Source of the DNA: an uncultured Gemmatimonadales bacterium
GTDB taxonomy: Bacteria; Gemmatimonadota; Gemmatimonadetes; Gemmatimonadales; GWC2-71-9
DNA length: 64,000 bases
NCBI GenBank assembly: GCA_963844035.1
Contig: CAWJMT010000010.1
Location: 1-64,000, forward strand
Direction of reading: 5' to 3'
Below are positions 1-10,865 of the stretch, piece by piece. The notes beneath the pieces are model-generated. The model had not been told where the DNA came from, made no database searches, and saw nothing but the letters and a program-made list of their open reading frames with translations. The stretch's first letter is position 1. Each line of letters begins with the position of its first letter. The position numbers and the translations under genes are program-made.

Positions 1-425
1 GGCCCGCGTCAACCGGCGGAGCGCGCGCATTCGATTGTTGCACGCATTGTGCTCGACCTCGGCGAGGCCCAACTGCTCCATCACCGGCGGAACGTAGTTG
101 GCGAAGCGTCCGCGCAGACCTTTCTTCAGGCCGTACCAGCCGCCGACCGGGTTGTCGGCCGCGCGCGCCCAGCTCTCGACCGTTCCCGCCGCGGCCGGCT
201 TCTGTTCGTCGGCGCTGCCGAGGGGCACCCAGTCGCCTCGCTCGACCAACATCGCGTGCAGATCGTCGAGGCAACGAAGGTGGTACCGGAGCTCGGTCTT
301 GCCGACCTGCACGACGAGCGCGGGTGGATCCACCGTTTCGTCGCACGGTACGCGGAGTACTCGACTCGCCGCTCGGGGTCTGTGAGCTTCCACGGTTGCT
401 CACACGTACCACCCACGTCGGTCAT
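1..425 (-). CDS. DUF6855-like hypothetical protein (frameshifted, runs off window edge)
   Basis: Manual minus-strand translation gives ...PPALVVQVGKTELRYHLRCLDDLHAMLVERGDWVPLGSADEQKPAAAGTVESWAR...WYGLKKGLRGRFANYVPPVMEQLGLAEVEHN, recalled as this conserved family; ATG at 425. Confidence 0.6.
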
Positions 426-738
426 TCGTCGGCTCCTGCGGTCGTGAAGAACTGGTAGGAGACCGACGGCGTCGCGTCCGAACCACCGGGCCCTCTTCGC
501 AGCGATCGGCGATGTCGCGCACGAACTCGACGAACGCCGGAGCTGCGTCAACGGATTCGTCCCGTCGTCGGGTCGATGGCGGCGACGTGGACGAAGCTCA
601 CCACGTCGGCGAGGCGGAAGCCGGCGTAGCGGAGACCGGCGGGACGAGCGGCGTCGGGCTCGACGAACACCTTCTCGATGAGCGCCTGGTTCTCGTCGGC
701 GCGCTGGGCTTGGTCGTAGCGGACGATGGTCACTCCAT
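422..738 (-). CDS. small hypothetical protein, dimeric alpha/beta barrel (ABM-like), frameshifted
   Basis: RADENQALIEKVF..LRYAGFRLADVVSFVHVA..NPLTQLPAFVEFVRDIADRCEEGP across frames; GAGGAGG RBS upstream; stop overlaps next ATG (ATGA). Confidence 0.5.
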
Positions 739-749
739 CGACACCTCCT

Positions 750-784
750 CGGTAACGGAGCAGTTACCGTAACAGATTCGTTAC
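750..784. promoter_or_regulatory. two tandem GTAAC-N6-GTTAC palindromes (probable repressor operator)
   Basis: CGGTAAC GGAGCA GTTACCG followed by GTAAC AGATTC GTTAC, directly upstream of the RBS of the 422-738 gene. Confidence 0.55.
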
Positions 785-847
785 CGAAGCGCCAGGCTCG
801 AGCGTCGGCGACATCAGCCGTTGAGACCGCTCGCGACGGCCGATTCG

Positions 848-2233
848 TTAGTCGCGCTGGTTCTGGTCGGCGTAGGCCGAGACGAAGTCGGCGATGGCGC
901 GGTCGAACGTGTCGCGCGAGCCGAGGTACGCCGCGATCGCCACCCGGTCCCCCGACCGGGCGTGCCCGCGGGCGAGCGTCCACCCGCACATCTGCGAATA
1001 GAGCCCGAGCATCTTCGGCGGCATCGTCTCGACATCGGCCGAGATCTTCGAGTCCCACATCTGCCGCACGTAGAAGTCGCGCTCGACGCCGTCGATGCCG
1101 ACCGCACGCACCCAACCGAGGAGCACGTCGCTCGCCGCCTGCAGCAGCCGCTGGCCCTCGACGACCCGTTGGCCGTGGTTCGCGTACCCGCTCCTCGCGG
1201 TATGCGGCTCGAGGACCGACGGTTCCGCCTCCTTCACCTGGAGGAACAGGGGGTCGCCGTGGTCCTTGCCGATCAGGGAGCGCGACCCAGCCGGCGCGTG
1301 CCCACACTCCCGACACCGACCACCTTGCGGGCGAAGTCGACGACCCGGTAGCTCTCGAGCAGGTGCCGTCGGTCGCCCTGGAGGCTGCGCCGGTCCACGC
1401 GGAATCGGTCCTGGAGCCACAGGGCGGAATTCCTCCGCCTCCGCGGCCGGCAACAGATCCGAGAGCGGCACCACCACGGGCGGGTCGCTCACGATCTGGT
1501 ACTCGCCGTCGACGAGACGAGCGAGCTTGCCGAGCGCCTTCACGCTGTCCTTGCCCTTCGCCTTGGCAATGTTGCGTTCGAAGCGCTTCACCTCTTCCCC
1601 GGTCAGCTCCCCGCGAAAGTGATCGAGCAGGGCATTCGCGTCGAGGCGGGCGAGTACCACACGCCGAGGTTCGTGAGCTCGGCGAACTGAGCCATCGCTT
1701 CCCGGTACCACGCGTGCCGCGGTCATGCGAGTGACCGTGCTTCCTTCGGCGAGAGCTCCCGCGACCGGGCGGCGATCTCGAAGCTCGCCGGCGAGACGCT
1801 TGACGTCCCATTCGAACGGCCCGGGGTTCGTCTCGTCGAAGTCGTTGATGTCGAACACCAGGTCGCGATCCGGTGCCGCGAAACCTCCGAAGTTGGCCAG
1901 ATGCGCGTCGCCGCAGGCCTGCACCCGAAGCCCGGAGTGCGGCCGTCGCAAGATCGGTCGCCATGATCGCGGCCGCACCCCGGTAGAAGGAGAACGGCGA
2001 CGCCAGCATCCGCTCGTGGCGGATGGGCACGAGCTCGGGAACCCGCGAGACCTCCTCCGATCGCAGCAACGCACTCGGATCGAACCTCGATGCGCCCGGG
2101 CTCCACTTCGGCGTGTGACGAGCACGGCACCGCGGCGGCAGGCGGCGCGACCCTTCGCCGCCCGCTCGTCGACGGTGAGATGGACGACGGGTGCCGGAGC
2201 GCTCGCGGAAGGCTGTTCACCATGGGTTGTCAC
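848..2233 (-). CDS. DUF2252 family protein (kinase-like), frameshifted
   Basis: Motifs RHERMLASPFSFYRGAA, VQACGDAHLANFG, FDINDFDE, LQVKEA, GQRLLQAASD, DFYVRQMWD. Confidence 0.9.
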   Translation of the reverse strand: MTTHGEQPSASAPAPVVHLTVDERAAKGRAACRRGAVLVTRRSGARAHRGSIRVRCCDRRRSRGFPSSCPSATSGCWRRRSPSTGVRPRSWRPILRRPHSGLRVQACGDAHLANFGGFAAPDRDLVFDINDFDETNPGPFEWDVKRLAGELRDRRPVAGALAEGSTVTRMTAARVVPGSDGSVRRAHEPRRVVLARLDANALLDHFRGELTGEEVKRFERNIAKAKGKDSVKALGKLARLVDGEYQIVSDPPVVVPLSDLLPAAEAEEFRPVAPGPIPRGPAQPPGRPTAPARELPGRRLRPQGGRCRECGHAPAGSRSLIGKDHGDPLFLQVKEAEPSVLEPHTARSGYANHGQRVVEGQRLLQAASDVLLGWVRAVGIDGVERDFYVRQMWDSKISADVETMPPKMLGLYSQMCGWTLARGHARSGDRVAIAAYLGSRDTFDRAIADFVSAYADQNQRD

Positions 2234-2351
2234 GCGCCCGCACCGTAGTCCGCACGGCAACGGCGCACTGCCACCGGCCGCGTGCGGCTGAGCCGGCGAT
2301 TCGACTGATCGGTCGTCGTAGACGTCTTCACTACGATCGGCGACGATCTGA

Positions 2352-3329
2352 TCAGGCGAAGCCGGCGACGGGGTGCGGGACGTACGGCTCCTCGAGCCGC
2401 GCGATCTCCTCGTCGGTGAGCTCGACGTCGACCGCGGCGACCGCGTCCTCGAGGTGGTTCGGCTTCGTCGCGCCGACGATCGGCGCGGTGATCGACCGGC
2501 TTCGACAGCATCCACGCCAGTGCGACCTGGGCGCGGGGAATCCCGCGTTCGTGTGGCGATCTCGCCGACCCGGTCGACGACGACCCGGTCGGCGTCGGCG
2601 GTGTAGAGCATCGCGGCCGAAGTCGTCGGACTGCGAGCGTTCGGTCTCGTCGTCCCACTCGCGCGCGAGGCGGCCGCGGGCGAGCGGGCTCCACGGGATC
2701 ACGCCGACTCCCTGGTCGGCGCAGAGCGGCAGCATCTCGCGCTCCTCCTCGCGGTTGAGCAGGTTGTAGTGGTCCTGCATGCTGACGAAGCGGGTCCAGC
2801 CGTGCGCGTCGGCGGTGTACAGCGCCTTGGCGAACTGCCACGCGTACATCGAGGACGCGCCGAGGTAGCGCACCTTGCCGACGCGCACGAGATCGTGCAG
2901 CGCCTCGAGCGTCTCCTCGAGCGGCGTGCGGTGGTCGAGGCGGTGGATCTGGTAGAGGTCGATGTAGTCGGTGCCGAGGCGGCGCAGGCTGTGGTCGACC
3001 TCGGTCATGATCGCCTTGCGCGAGAGGCCCGCGCCGTTGGGCCGCTGCCGCATCGGGCCGTGCACCTTGGTCGCGATCACGACCTCGTCGCGGTTCGCGT
3101 ACTCCTTCAGCGCGCGGCCGAGGAACTCCTCGCTCGAGCCCGCGGAGTACACGTTGGCGGTGTCGAAGAAGTTGATGCCGGCTTCGATCGCCGCACGGTA
3201 GAACGGCCGGCTCGTCTCCTCGTCGAGCGACCACGGGTGGCCGCCGAGGTCGGGCTGGCCGTAGCTCATGCACCCGAGGCAGATCACCGAGACGTCGAGA
3301 CCGGTGGCCCCGAGCTTCGTGTACTTCAT
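2352..3329 (-). CDS. aldo/keto reductase
   Basis: GINFFDTANVYSAGSSEE, SLRRLGTDYIDLYQIHR, GKVRYLGASS, PWSPLARG; compensating frameshift near the C-terminus. Confidence 0.95.
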   Translation of the reverse strand: MKYTKLGATGLDVSVICLGCMSYGQPDLGGHPWSLDEETSRPFYRAAIEAGINFFDTANVYSAGSSEEFLGRALKEYANRDEVVIATKVHGPMRQRPNGAGLSRKAIMTEVDHSLRRLGTDYIDLYQIHRLDHRTPLEETLEALHDLVRVGKVRYLGASSMYAWQFAKALYTADAHGWTRFVSMQDHYNLLNREEEREMLPLCADQGVGVIPWSPLARGRLAREWDDETERSQSDDFGRDALHRRRRPGRRRPGRRDRHTNAGFPAPRSHWRGCCRSRSITAPIVGATKPNHLEDAVAAVDVELTDEEIARLEEPYVPHPVAGFA

Positions 3330-3412
3330 GGCGCTCCTCTCAACCGGACATCACACCGCACGCTGCGAGCACGACCGATCCGGGGCGGGATCGGCCCACG
3401 AAATCGCAGCGT

Positions 3413-4252
3413 ATGCTCGCCGCCGTGGCGGCCTTCGGTGCGCAGGTCGCGGCGCGAGTTCCACGTCGGAGACCGCCGCGTGCTCGGGTTCGCCGACGGC
3501 GTCTTCACGATGACCGAAGGCTTCATGAACGTCCCCGGCTTCCAGCTGCCAGTTCGAAGACGAGCACGGCAACGCCGAGTTCCGGTCGGGTTCGTTCCTC
3601 GTGCCGGGTGAGCAGACGCTGCTGATCGACGCCGGCATCGGCCCGTTCTCGACCGAGGGACTGTCGGGCGGCGCCCTGCTCGACGAGCTCGCGGCCCTCG
3701 GCGTGCAGCCCGCCGACATCGACGTGATCGCGGTCTCGCACCTGCACCTCGACCACGACGGCTGGCTCGCGACCAAGGATGCCGGGGTCACGTTCCCGAA
3801 CGCGGTCGTGCACATCGGCAGGCCCGACTACGAGTACTTCGTGGTCGACGACGCGTCGAACGAGTTCCAGATGGCGCGCCACAAGAAGGCGGCGCTCGCC
3901 GAGCTGCTCGACGCCGGCCGGGTCGTGCTCGTCGACGACACGCACGAGATCGTTCCCGGAGTCGTCGCCCTCCCCACGCCGGGACACACCCCGGGCCACC
4001 TCGCGTTCGCGGTGCCGCGACCACGACGAGTCCCTGCTGATCCTCGGTGACGCGATGTACTGCCCCGCGCAGCTGACCGACTCCGACCTCACCGCGATGC
4101 ACGACGTCGATCCGGTGCTGGCGCGACGAACCCGCGAGCTGATCCGCCGCGATGCCGATCGGCACGGGACGCACGTGGTCGGCTGCCACTTCCCCGGGCT
4201 GGAAGCGGCGCGTGGTCGTCGAGCGGAAGCGCGGTTACCTACACGCCGCTGA
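3413..4252 (+). CDS. MBL-fold metallo-hydrolase, frameshifted
   Basis: SHLHLDHDG, TPGHTPGH, GDAMY, GCHFP motifs across frames. Confidence 0.85.
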
Positions 4253-4665
4253 CCGACGACGGTGACCAGGCTCAACAGGTTGAGCGCCAGGAGCGCCCGC
4301 GGCGAAGCCTGCCGCCAGCCAGTCACGCGCTCGCTGGGCGCTGCGCCAGAGCGCACCGGCGGATGCGCCGATCCCGAGGGCGTAGAGCCGCGAGCACGAT
4401 CGGGATCGCGAGCACGATGGTCGCGCCCAGCACCGGCAGCGAGGAAGGGAAGGACCAGGTAGGTCGCGACGCACCGCAGTCCGCTGAGCCAGAGCGCGAG
4501 CGGACACCGGCCCGAGCGGGCGGCGCCGCCGACCGCCGCCCGGGTCGGCGGCGCCCTGCCACTGCGGGAGTCGCGGGGCCACCGCGATCGGGCGGGGTCA
4601 GCCGACGGGAGCATCGTGCAACTCCCGTTCGGAGACCGACGGTTCGACGTCGGCCTCGGTCTCCA
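4235..4665 (-). CDS. small membrane hypothetical protein, frameshifted
   Basis: Hydrophobic segments LALWLSGLRCVATYLVLPF, LGATIVLAIPIVL, LLALNLLSLVTVV; directly downstream of the PepSY gene. Confidence 0.5.
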
Positions 4666-6059
4666 CGGGTGCGCCTCGCCGGGCGCGCTTGCGGCGGCGG
4701 ATGACGTACATCGTGATCCCGGTGATCCCGAGCACGCGATCGGCGAGAGGCCGATCACGACCCACACCGCCCGGGTCGCGGTGCCGCCGAAGTCACCGGT
4801 GTGGAGCGGGAAGCTCCAGTCGCTCCACAGTTGGTCGAAGACGTTGCCGACCTCGGGCGTTCCTTCGTAGAGCACCTTGCCCGTGTACTGGTCGGCGGTG
4901 ACCCAGACGTTGCCTGCACCGCCCCTCGCACGTCCACGGGCTGAAGCCCCGGGTGGTCCATGCCGTGTAGACGCCCTTCTTGTCGGCGGGCGGCGCGACG
5001 CTCTCGATCCTCTGGTCGGGGAAATTCGTCTCGAGCACTTCGACGAACCCGTCGAGACCGATCGGGTCGCGCCCGGCCGCCTTCTCCGACGCCATGGCGG
5101 CGTCGGGGCGGACCCACAGCTCGGTGCCGCGCTTCGCGGGCGTGACGTTCTCGAACCAGCCCTTCAGGTTGGGGAACCCGAACGCGATCCCCGTGAACAG
5201 CGATGACGAGGAGCGGCACGAACACGACGAGCCCGATCAACTTGTGGAGCGACATGTTGAACGCGAACGGTCCGCGCTTGCGTTGCACACGGAGCACGTT
5301 GGCCCAGCGGCGCACGCCCGGCCAGTACCAGAGGTAGAAGCCCACGAGCAGCACGACGATGAACCCGACGCCGAGCCAGGCGGTCATGTCCTCGCCGTCG
5401 GGGATGACGTCGCAGACGACGCCCTTCACGCCACCCGGCTCGGCACCGGCCAGCGTTCGGGCGGCACCATCCGGTCTCGGGATCGAACACGCCGAAGATC
5501 CCGTGGTCCTGCCAGAGGTACATGTGGCCGCGGTAGAGCCACCACGTGAAGCCTTCTTCGTCGTTGCGGGCTCCGTTGACCGTCCCGGTACCGGGATCGA
5601 CGTAGACCGTCTTGTACTCGACGGCGGGGACGGCGTCGCCCACCGGCTTCGGTGCCCCGGCGACCGGTATCTCGGCGCCGACCTGGTAGACGCCCCGCCC
5701 GTTCCCCGGCAGGATGACACGCCCCAGATCGTGCGCGTCGTCGGGGAGGGTCGGCCGGGCCGGCCTCGAGCGCGGCCTGCGGGCCGACGTCGCCGCTGGT
5801 CGAGGTGTAGCGATCGCCGTGGAACCAGCTCATCGATCGCGTCGCTCGAGACCAGCCAGGCGCCGGTCAGCGAGATCACCACCAGCCAGGCCATCAGCCC
5901 GATGGCCATCCACCGGTGCACCTTCACCAGGGTGCGCCGCGGGCGCATCGCCACCGCCCGCACCGGTGATCGTCGCCTCCGGGTGCCCGGGTCCAGCTCG
6001 GTCTCCGCCGTCGCCTCGTCGACGTCCACCCCGTCACCGTTGCGCTCGTCGGTCCCCAT
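4660..6059 (-). CDS. PepSY-associated TM helix domain protein (iron-regulated membrane protein), frameshifted
   Basis: KVHRWMAIG..SLTGA, VYVDPGTG, WLYRGHMYL, GFYLWYWP, SLHKLIG, FPLHTGDFGG. Confidence 0.9.
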
Positions 6060-6074
6060 GCTCCATCCCGTCGG

Positions 6075-6093
6075 TTAGGTTAGGTACTCCTAA
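6075..6093. promoter_or_regulatory. IdeR/DtxR iron box
   Basis: TTAGGTTAGGTACTCCTAA matches 15/19 of consensus TTAGGTTAGGCTAACCTAA and lies ~15 bp upstream of the PepSY-TM start. Confidence 0.75.
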
Positions 6094-6191
6094 TTAAGGG
6101 GTCGTCTAGCAAGAGATCCCGCGTGCGCACAGCAATTCCTCACCCATGCACGGTCGCGAGCAGGCGGCCCTTCCGTAGGCTGGTGCACGAG

Positions 6192-7000
6192 ATGAGCTCC
6201 CAGGAAGAGACCCTGAGCGACGCCCTCGGCGGCCGCCGGGAGCGACGCGGCGCCGCCACATCGCGTTCGAGGCGTGCTTCAACTTCCGGGACCTGGGCGG
6301 CTACGAGAACCGGGACGGCCGCCGCGTCCGCTGGAACCGCCTCTACCGCTCCGACACGCTGCACCGCCTCACCCCCGCCGACGTCGAGCAGTTCGACGCC
6401 CTCGGCCTCCGCACGGTGATCGACCTGCGCTCGGCCACCGAGATCGACGACCACGGCCGGCTGGCGACGGCCAGTGGGCACGTTGCCTGGCACCACGTCC
6501 CGATGCTCGACAACGTGAAGCTGGAGCCGCGGGACCCGTCAGAAGTGGAAGCGCTCGTGGCCCAGCCGCTGGCGCCGGGCGAGGGCTACCTCCGCATCGT
6601 CGAGCAGTTCGGCGGCTCGCTGGCGCTCGCGTTTCGAGCTGTTGAGCAACGACGACGCGCTCCCTGCGGTCTTCCACTGCACCGCGGGCAGGGACCGACC
6701 GGGATCGTCGCCGCGCTGCTCCTCGACCTGCTCGGCGTGCCCGACGACGTCATCGCCGCCGACTACGTGCTCACCGAGCGGGCGCGGGTGCGCAGCACGG
6801 CCTGGATCGAAGCCAACGAGCCCGCGTACGCCGCGTACATCGCGCAGTTCCCACCCGAACGGCGCGTCGTGAGCGCGGAGACGATCCTCGGCTTCCTCGA
6901 CGGCGTGCGGTCGACGTACGGCAGCGTTCCCGAGTTCCTCGCCGCACTCGGGATCCAAGCGGACCGGATCCACGTCCTCCGCGCCCAACTCCTCGAATAG
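6192..7000 (+). CDS. tyrosine/serine protein phosphatase (Y_phosphatase3 / PtpB-like), frameshifted
   Basis: FNFRDLGGY, LYRSD, TVIDLRS, VFHCTAG(K)DRTG, IAADYVLT. Confidence 0.9.
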
Positions 7001-7019
7001 GAGCGCACCCGACGTGCGT

Positions 7020-7811
7020 TCAGGCGGCGATGTCGACGCCCGCGCCGAGGGTCAGCAGCCGGAACCGGTCGTGGATGTCGGATGGCCCGCGGGCCAGCTC
7101 CTCCTCGATCGCCGCCCGTCCCTGACGGAAGTGTGACCATCCCTCGTAGTGGACGGGATCGCGGTGTGGGGACGAACGAGCGTGCAGAGCTCGACCGCGT
7201 GCTCGCGTTCATCGTGTAGCGCACCGGTCCCGTCACGGGGAACTGGGCCGAACCGAGATGCAGGATGGCGACGCCGACCCGCACACGGTCCGCGACTTCT
7301 CGTACTCCGTCGTAGAGCACCGTGTCACCCGAGATCCACAACGCGCCATGCTCCTGACCGGCCCATTGCAACGCGAAACCGATGACGTCACCGACCAGCG
7401 CATGGCTCAACGGCGGGCCGTGACGACACGGCGTCGCGGTGACGTCGATCGTTGGTCGCCCCGGTGCCTCGAGTCGCGTCGCACCCCACGGTTCGAGCCC
7501 ACGTGTGTCACGGCCGAGGCGCTGCGCTCCCGTGGTGGTGGTGACGACGACGCCCGCCGACGGCAGCAAGGCGCGCCCGGCGTCGTCGAGGTTGTCGGCG
7601 TGGTGATCGTGGGTGAGCAGCACCGCGTCGATCGGTCCGAGGTCGGCGGCCTCGACCGCCGGCCCCGTGACCTTCCGCGAACCCGTGCCCCAACCGAAGT
7701 GGTACGTGCGACCCGGGCGGTCGAAGCGTCGGATCGGTCGCGGTCGGCCACCCGGCGGAATTCGATGAGCACCGTCGGCCCACCGATGTGCGTGAGCCAG
7801 ACGGTGCTCAT
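7020..7811 (-). CDS. MBL-fold metallo-hydrolase (UlaG-like), frameshifted
   Basis: LTHIGGPT, LLTHDHHADNLD, TPCRHGP, WISGDT. Confidence 0.85.
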
Positions 7812-7892
7812 GCTTGCCCGCTCTCGGCGCTGCGCGCCGGGCCGCTCGGGTCCCGCTCGCTACTGCCGGGATACCCGGCTCCCCACGCTCGC

Positions 7893-8710
7893 TCATGCAT
7901 TGACTCGTGCGTCCACGAGCGCCCAGTCGAGGGCGTAGTCGGCGACCTCTTCCCAACCGTCCCGCGCCGGCAGCAGGTGCGGGCCCTCGAACTCCTTCAC
8001 CTCGGTGACCAACCCGTCGGCCTTGTAGTGCTTGGCGTTCGACCGCTGGATCTTCGGCGGCATGAGGTGGTCGTCGCTGCCGGAGATGAACAGCAACGGC
8101 GCCCGGTCGGGGTTGTCGTAGTTGACGTAGTTGTCGTCCTTGCCCGGGTGGATGTTTCGCGAGCACGCTCCCCAGAAGATGCCACCCGACGCCGGGATCG
8201 CGTATCGCTCGTAGCGGTGCTGCGTCTCCTCTTCGCTGAAGGTGTTGGTGAACCCGTGGCTCATGGTCGAGGTGAGGCCGACCCCACGGTGCCGGTTCGC
8301 CGGGTTCTTCAGCACGGGGAACACGTCCCGACCTGCGCCAGGGGCACCACCGCCACGCCTCGGTCGGCGCCGAGTTGATCGCCACTCCGCACCGCGCCGT
8401 ACCCGCGGTCGATCAGGATCTGGGTGAAGCACCCCGCCGGCGGAGTGCCCCATCAGGATCGGCGGCGACTCCAGCGCGCCCACGACGCCCTCCAGGTGCT
8501 CGATGATCTGCGGCACCGTCAGCTGCTCGATGGGGGTCGGGTCGGCGTTGAGGGCCTCGACCTCGACTTCGAAGCCGGGATATGCGGGCGCGAGGGCACG
8601 AAGGCCGCGTTGCTCGTAGTGGGCAACCCAGTCCTCCCAGGCTGCCGCGGCGTGACCCAGAAGCCGTGGATCAACACGATGGTGTCGGGCGTGTTCGGAT
8701 CGGTGCTCAT
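7893..8710 (-). CDS. alpha/beta hydrolase, frameshifted
   Basis: IVLIHGFWVT, ILMGHSAGG nucleophile elbow, LLFISGSDDH, EGPHLLP. Confidence 0.9.
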
Positions 8711-8739
8711 CGGAGTCCCTTCCAGTCGAGATCGTGTAC

Positions 8740-9275
8740 TGAATGCCCTGTGGCACGGTATCAGCGGCGCGCTTGGCTGGATTTCCCATGAACCCCGCGC
8801 CGGCATCCATCCGCTCAAGGGCGTGACCGAGAGCGGTGACCGCCTCGTGGTGGCGCGCCGTGCCCAGCTCACCCTGCGCTTGCCCCAGGAGCGGGCGGCA
8901 GAAGCGTTCGAACTGCGCGGTTCCCGCCTGGAACTGGGCGGCGCGGTCGAGGTCGGCGAGGCGGCGGTCCGGCAACTCGCGCCCTATCCGGTGCTGTATT
9001 CCCACTTCGTGTCGCTGGGACTCGACGAGGAGGAGCGGTTCGTGGCCGAAGCGACTCGGCTGGTCACGGCGGCCGGAATCGAATGTAAACTGATCGTCGG
9101 CAAGCGTCGCGGCGCAAGCGCCGATACGGCCCGAATCTCCGGCTTCAGTCTTATGCTGCACGGCCTTTCGGCCAGGCATTCGCTGCAGGTGCAAGGCGCC
9201 GGGCTGGGCGGAAACCATATGCTCGGCTGCGGCATTTTCGTTCCCCACAAGACAATCGCGGCGGTCGGGACCTGA
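8740..9275 (+). CDS. cas6: Cas6/Cmx6 (type I-MYXAN)-like RAMP protein, 5' truncated at a junction
   Basis: GIHPLKG, RRAQLTLRLP, FSLMLHGLS..HSL.VQ..GLGGNHMLGCGIFVPHK: Gly-rich G-loop typical of Cas6. Confidence 0.8.
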
Positions 9276-9313
9276 CGCGGACGACAATTTCAAACAATCC
9301 AGATGGAGGAGAC

Positions 9314-9796
9314 ATGACGACAGCAAAACCGAATGTGACCCTGGACATGAGCGGCCTGAGCTGCCCGGCGCCCTTGCTGGGTGCGAAAAAGGTGGTGGAC
9401 GATCTGCCGGCGGGCGAAACCATGTTGCTGATCTCCGACTGCCCCGGCACGCCGGACGATCTGCACGCCTGGGCCGGCTTCACCGGCAACGACATCGTGT
9501 CCGCCGAGCCGCTCGGCGGCAAGAAGGTCGGCTTCCTCATCCGCAAGGGCGGCAGCGCCAAGCCCACCGCCAACGTGGTGCTGGACATCCGCGGGGTGTC
9601 TTGTCCCGGCCCGATCGTGGAGGCGAAGAAACTGCTCGACGGCATGGCCGCCGGCGAAGTGCTGCTGCTCATCAGCAACTGTCCCGGCACGCCGTCCGAC
9701 GTGGATGCGTGGACCCGGACCTCGGCCCACATCGAGCTTGCCGGCAAGCACGACGCCGCCCGCGGCACCCATGAATTCTATCTGCGCAAGAAATAG
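9314..9796 (+). CDS. tusA: tandem double-domain TusA-family sulfurtransferase
   Basis: Two repeats LDMSGLSCPAP / LDIRGVSCPGP, each followed by LLIS[DN]CPGTP; GGAGGAG RBS. Confidence 0.9.
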   Translation: MTTAKPNVTLDMSGLSCPAPLLGAKKVVDDLPAGETMLLISDCPGTPDDLHAWAGFTGNDIVSAEPLGGKKVGFLIRKGGSAKPTANVVLDIRGVSCPGPIVEAKKLLDGMAAGEVLLLISNCPGTPSDVDAWTRTSAHIELAGKHDAARGTHEFYLRKK

Positions 9797-9840
9797 ACTC
9801 GCACGTTTTCAACTGAACCGCACGGTAAGGAGGCAATCCC

Positions 9841-10169
9841 ATGGCGTATGTAGTAACGGTGTTGAACTGGAAGTGGATGACGACGGCTATCTCCTCGAGC
9901 CCAACTATGGCGACGAGATCGTCAAGGTCATCGCCGAGGCCGAAGGCATTACCCTGAGCGACGACCACTGGAAGGTCGTGCAGTACATGCGCGACCAGTA
10001 CCGGGAGCATGGACATACCCCGAACTTTCGCAACATGTTGAAGGACATCGAGGAGATCATGCCGGGATGGACAGCAAGGCACTCTACGATCTGTTTCCCA
10101 CCGGTCCCGCCAAGCAGGGTGCGAAAGGTCGCCGGACTGCCGAAGCCCTTCGGCAAGGGCGGCTATTGA
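9841..10169 (+). CDS. TusE/DsrC/DsvC family protein lacking the C-terminal Cys, frameshifted
   Basis: EVDDDGYL, IAEAEGITLSDDHWKVVQYMR, LYDLFPTGPAKQG, KVAGLPKPFGKGGY*. Confidence 0.85.
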
Positions 10170-10276
10170 ACCAACGTAGCGGCGCCGCTGCAGCCGCAGG
10201 CCGGATCGTGCGCCGCAGGCGCGGATCCGACTGCCTGCGGCGCGCAATCGGCGGCGAGCAGCGGTAACGGAGCATC

Positions 10277-10859
10277 ATGCGCACGAAAAGCAAGTGGTTC
10301 GCCAAAGGCAAGGCGCGCGATCCGCAGCAATTGGCGACCGTCGTCGCCATGACGCTGTGGCGGCTCGGCATCCAGACCCTGCGCAGCATGCGCAAGGCGG
10401 ATTACGATATCGTCACGGGACCGCCCTACTTCGACTTCCTGCGCGAATACCTGGTGTTCCTGACGAACCTCGCCGACCGCTACGTGTTCCCCCATGTCGA
10501 CGCCGAGGGCAGGCGCGACTTCATGACTACCCTGGTGATCCGGCTGGCCGAGATGCTGGCCGAGAACCAGGCGGATCTTCTCGGCAGCGACCATGCACAG
10601 GCCAGGCAGGACTTTCGTCGATCTCTTCAACCGCCGCAGCGAGGACTATGCCCACTTCGACTTTCGCGACGGCGAGCCGGAGTACGGTTTCGCCCGCTAC
10701 GTCGGCAATCAGTTGATGGACGTGCTGCCGGAAAAGGATCGGGTGTGGGTGGTCGAGCAGGTGGTCTCGATCGAGGCGCCGGAAGCGGTGAAGACGCTGA
10801 AGACCGCTTTCGCCAATCTGTTTGCCACTGCCGCGCCCACCGCCGCGCCGACGGAGTAG
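10277..10859 (+). CDS. conserved hypothetical protein of the sulfur cluster, frameshifted
   Basis: MRTKSKWF..EYLVFL..ADR..FVDLFNRRSEDYA..EQVVSIEAPEAV; co-directional and operonic spacing. Confidence 0.7.
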
Positions 10860-10865
10860 GTGTCG

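Noticed and set aside
8424..9275. 283-aa Cas6 with a long N-terminal extension
   Set aside because: The first ~105 codons are the antisense of the alpha/beta hydrolase across a junction.
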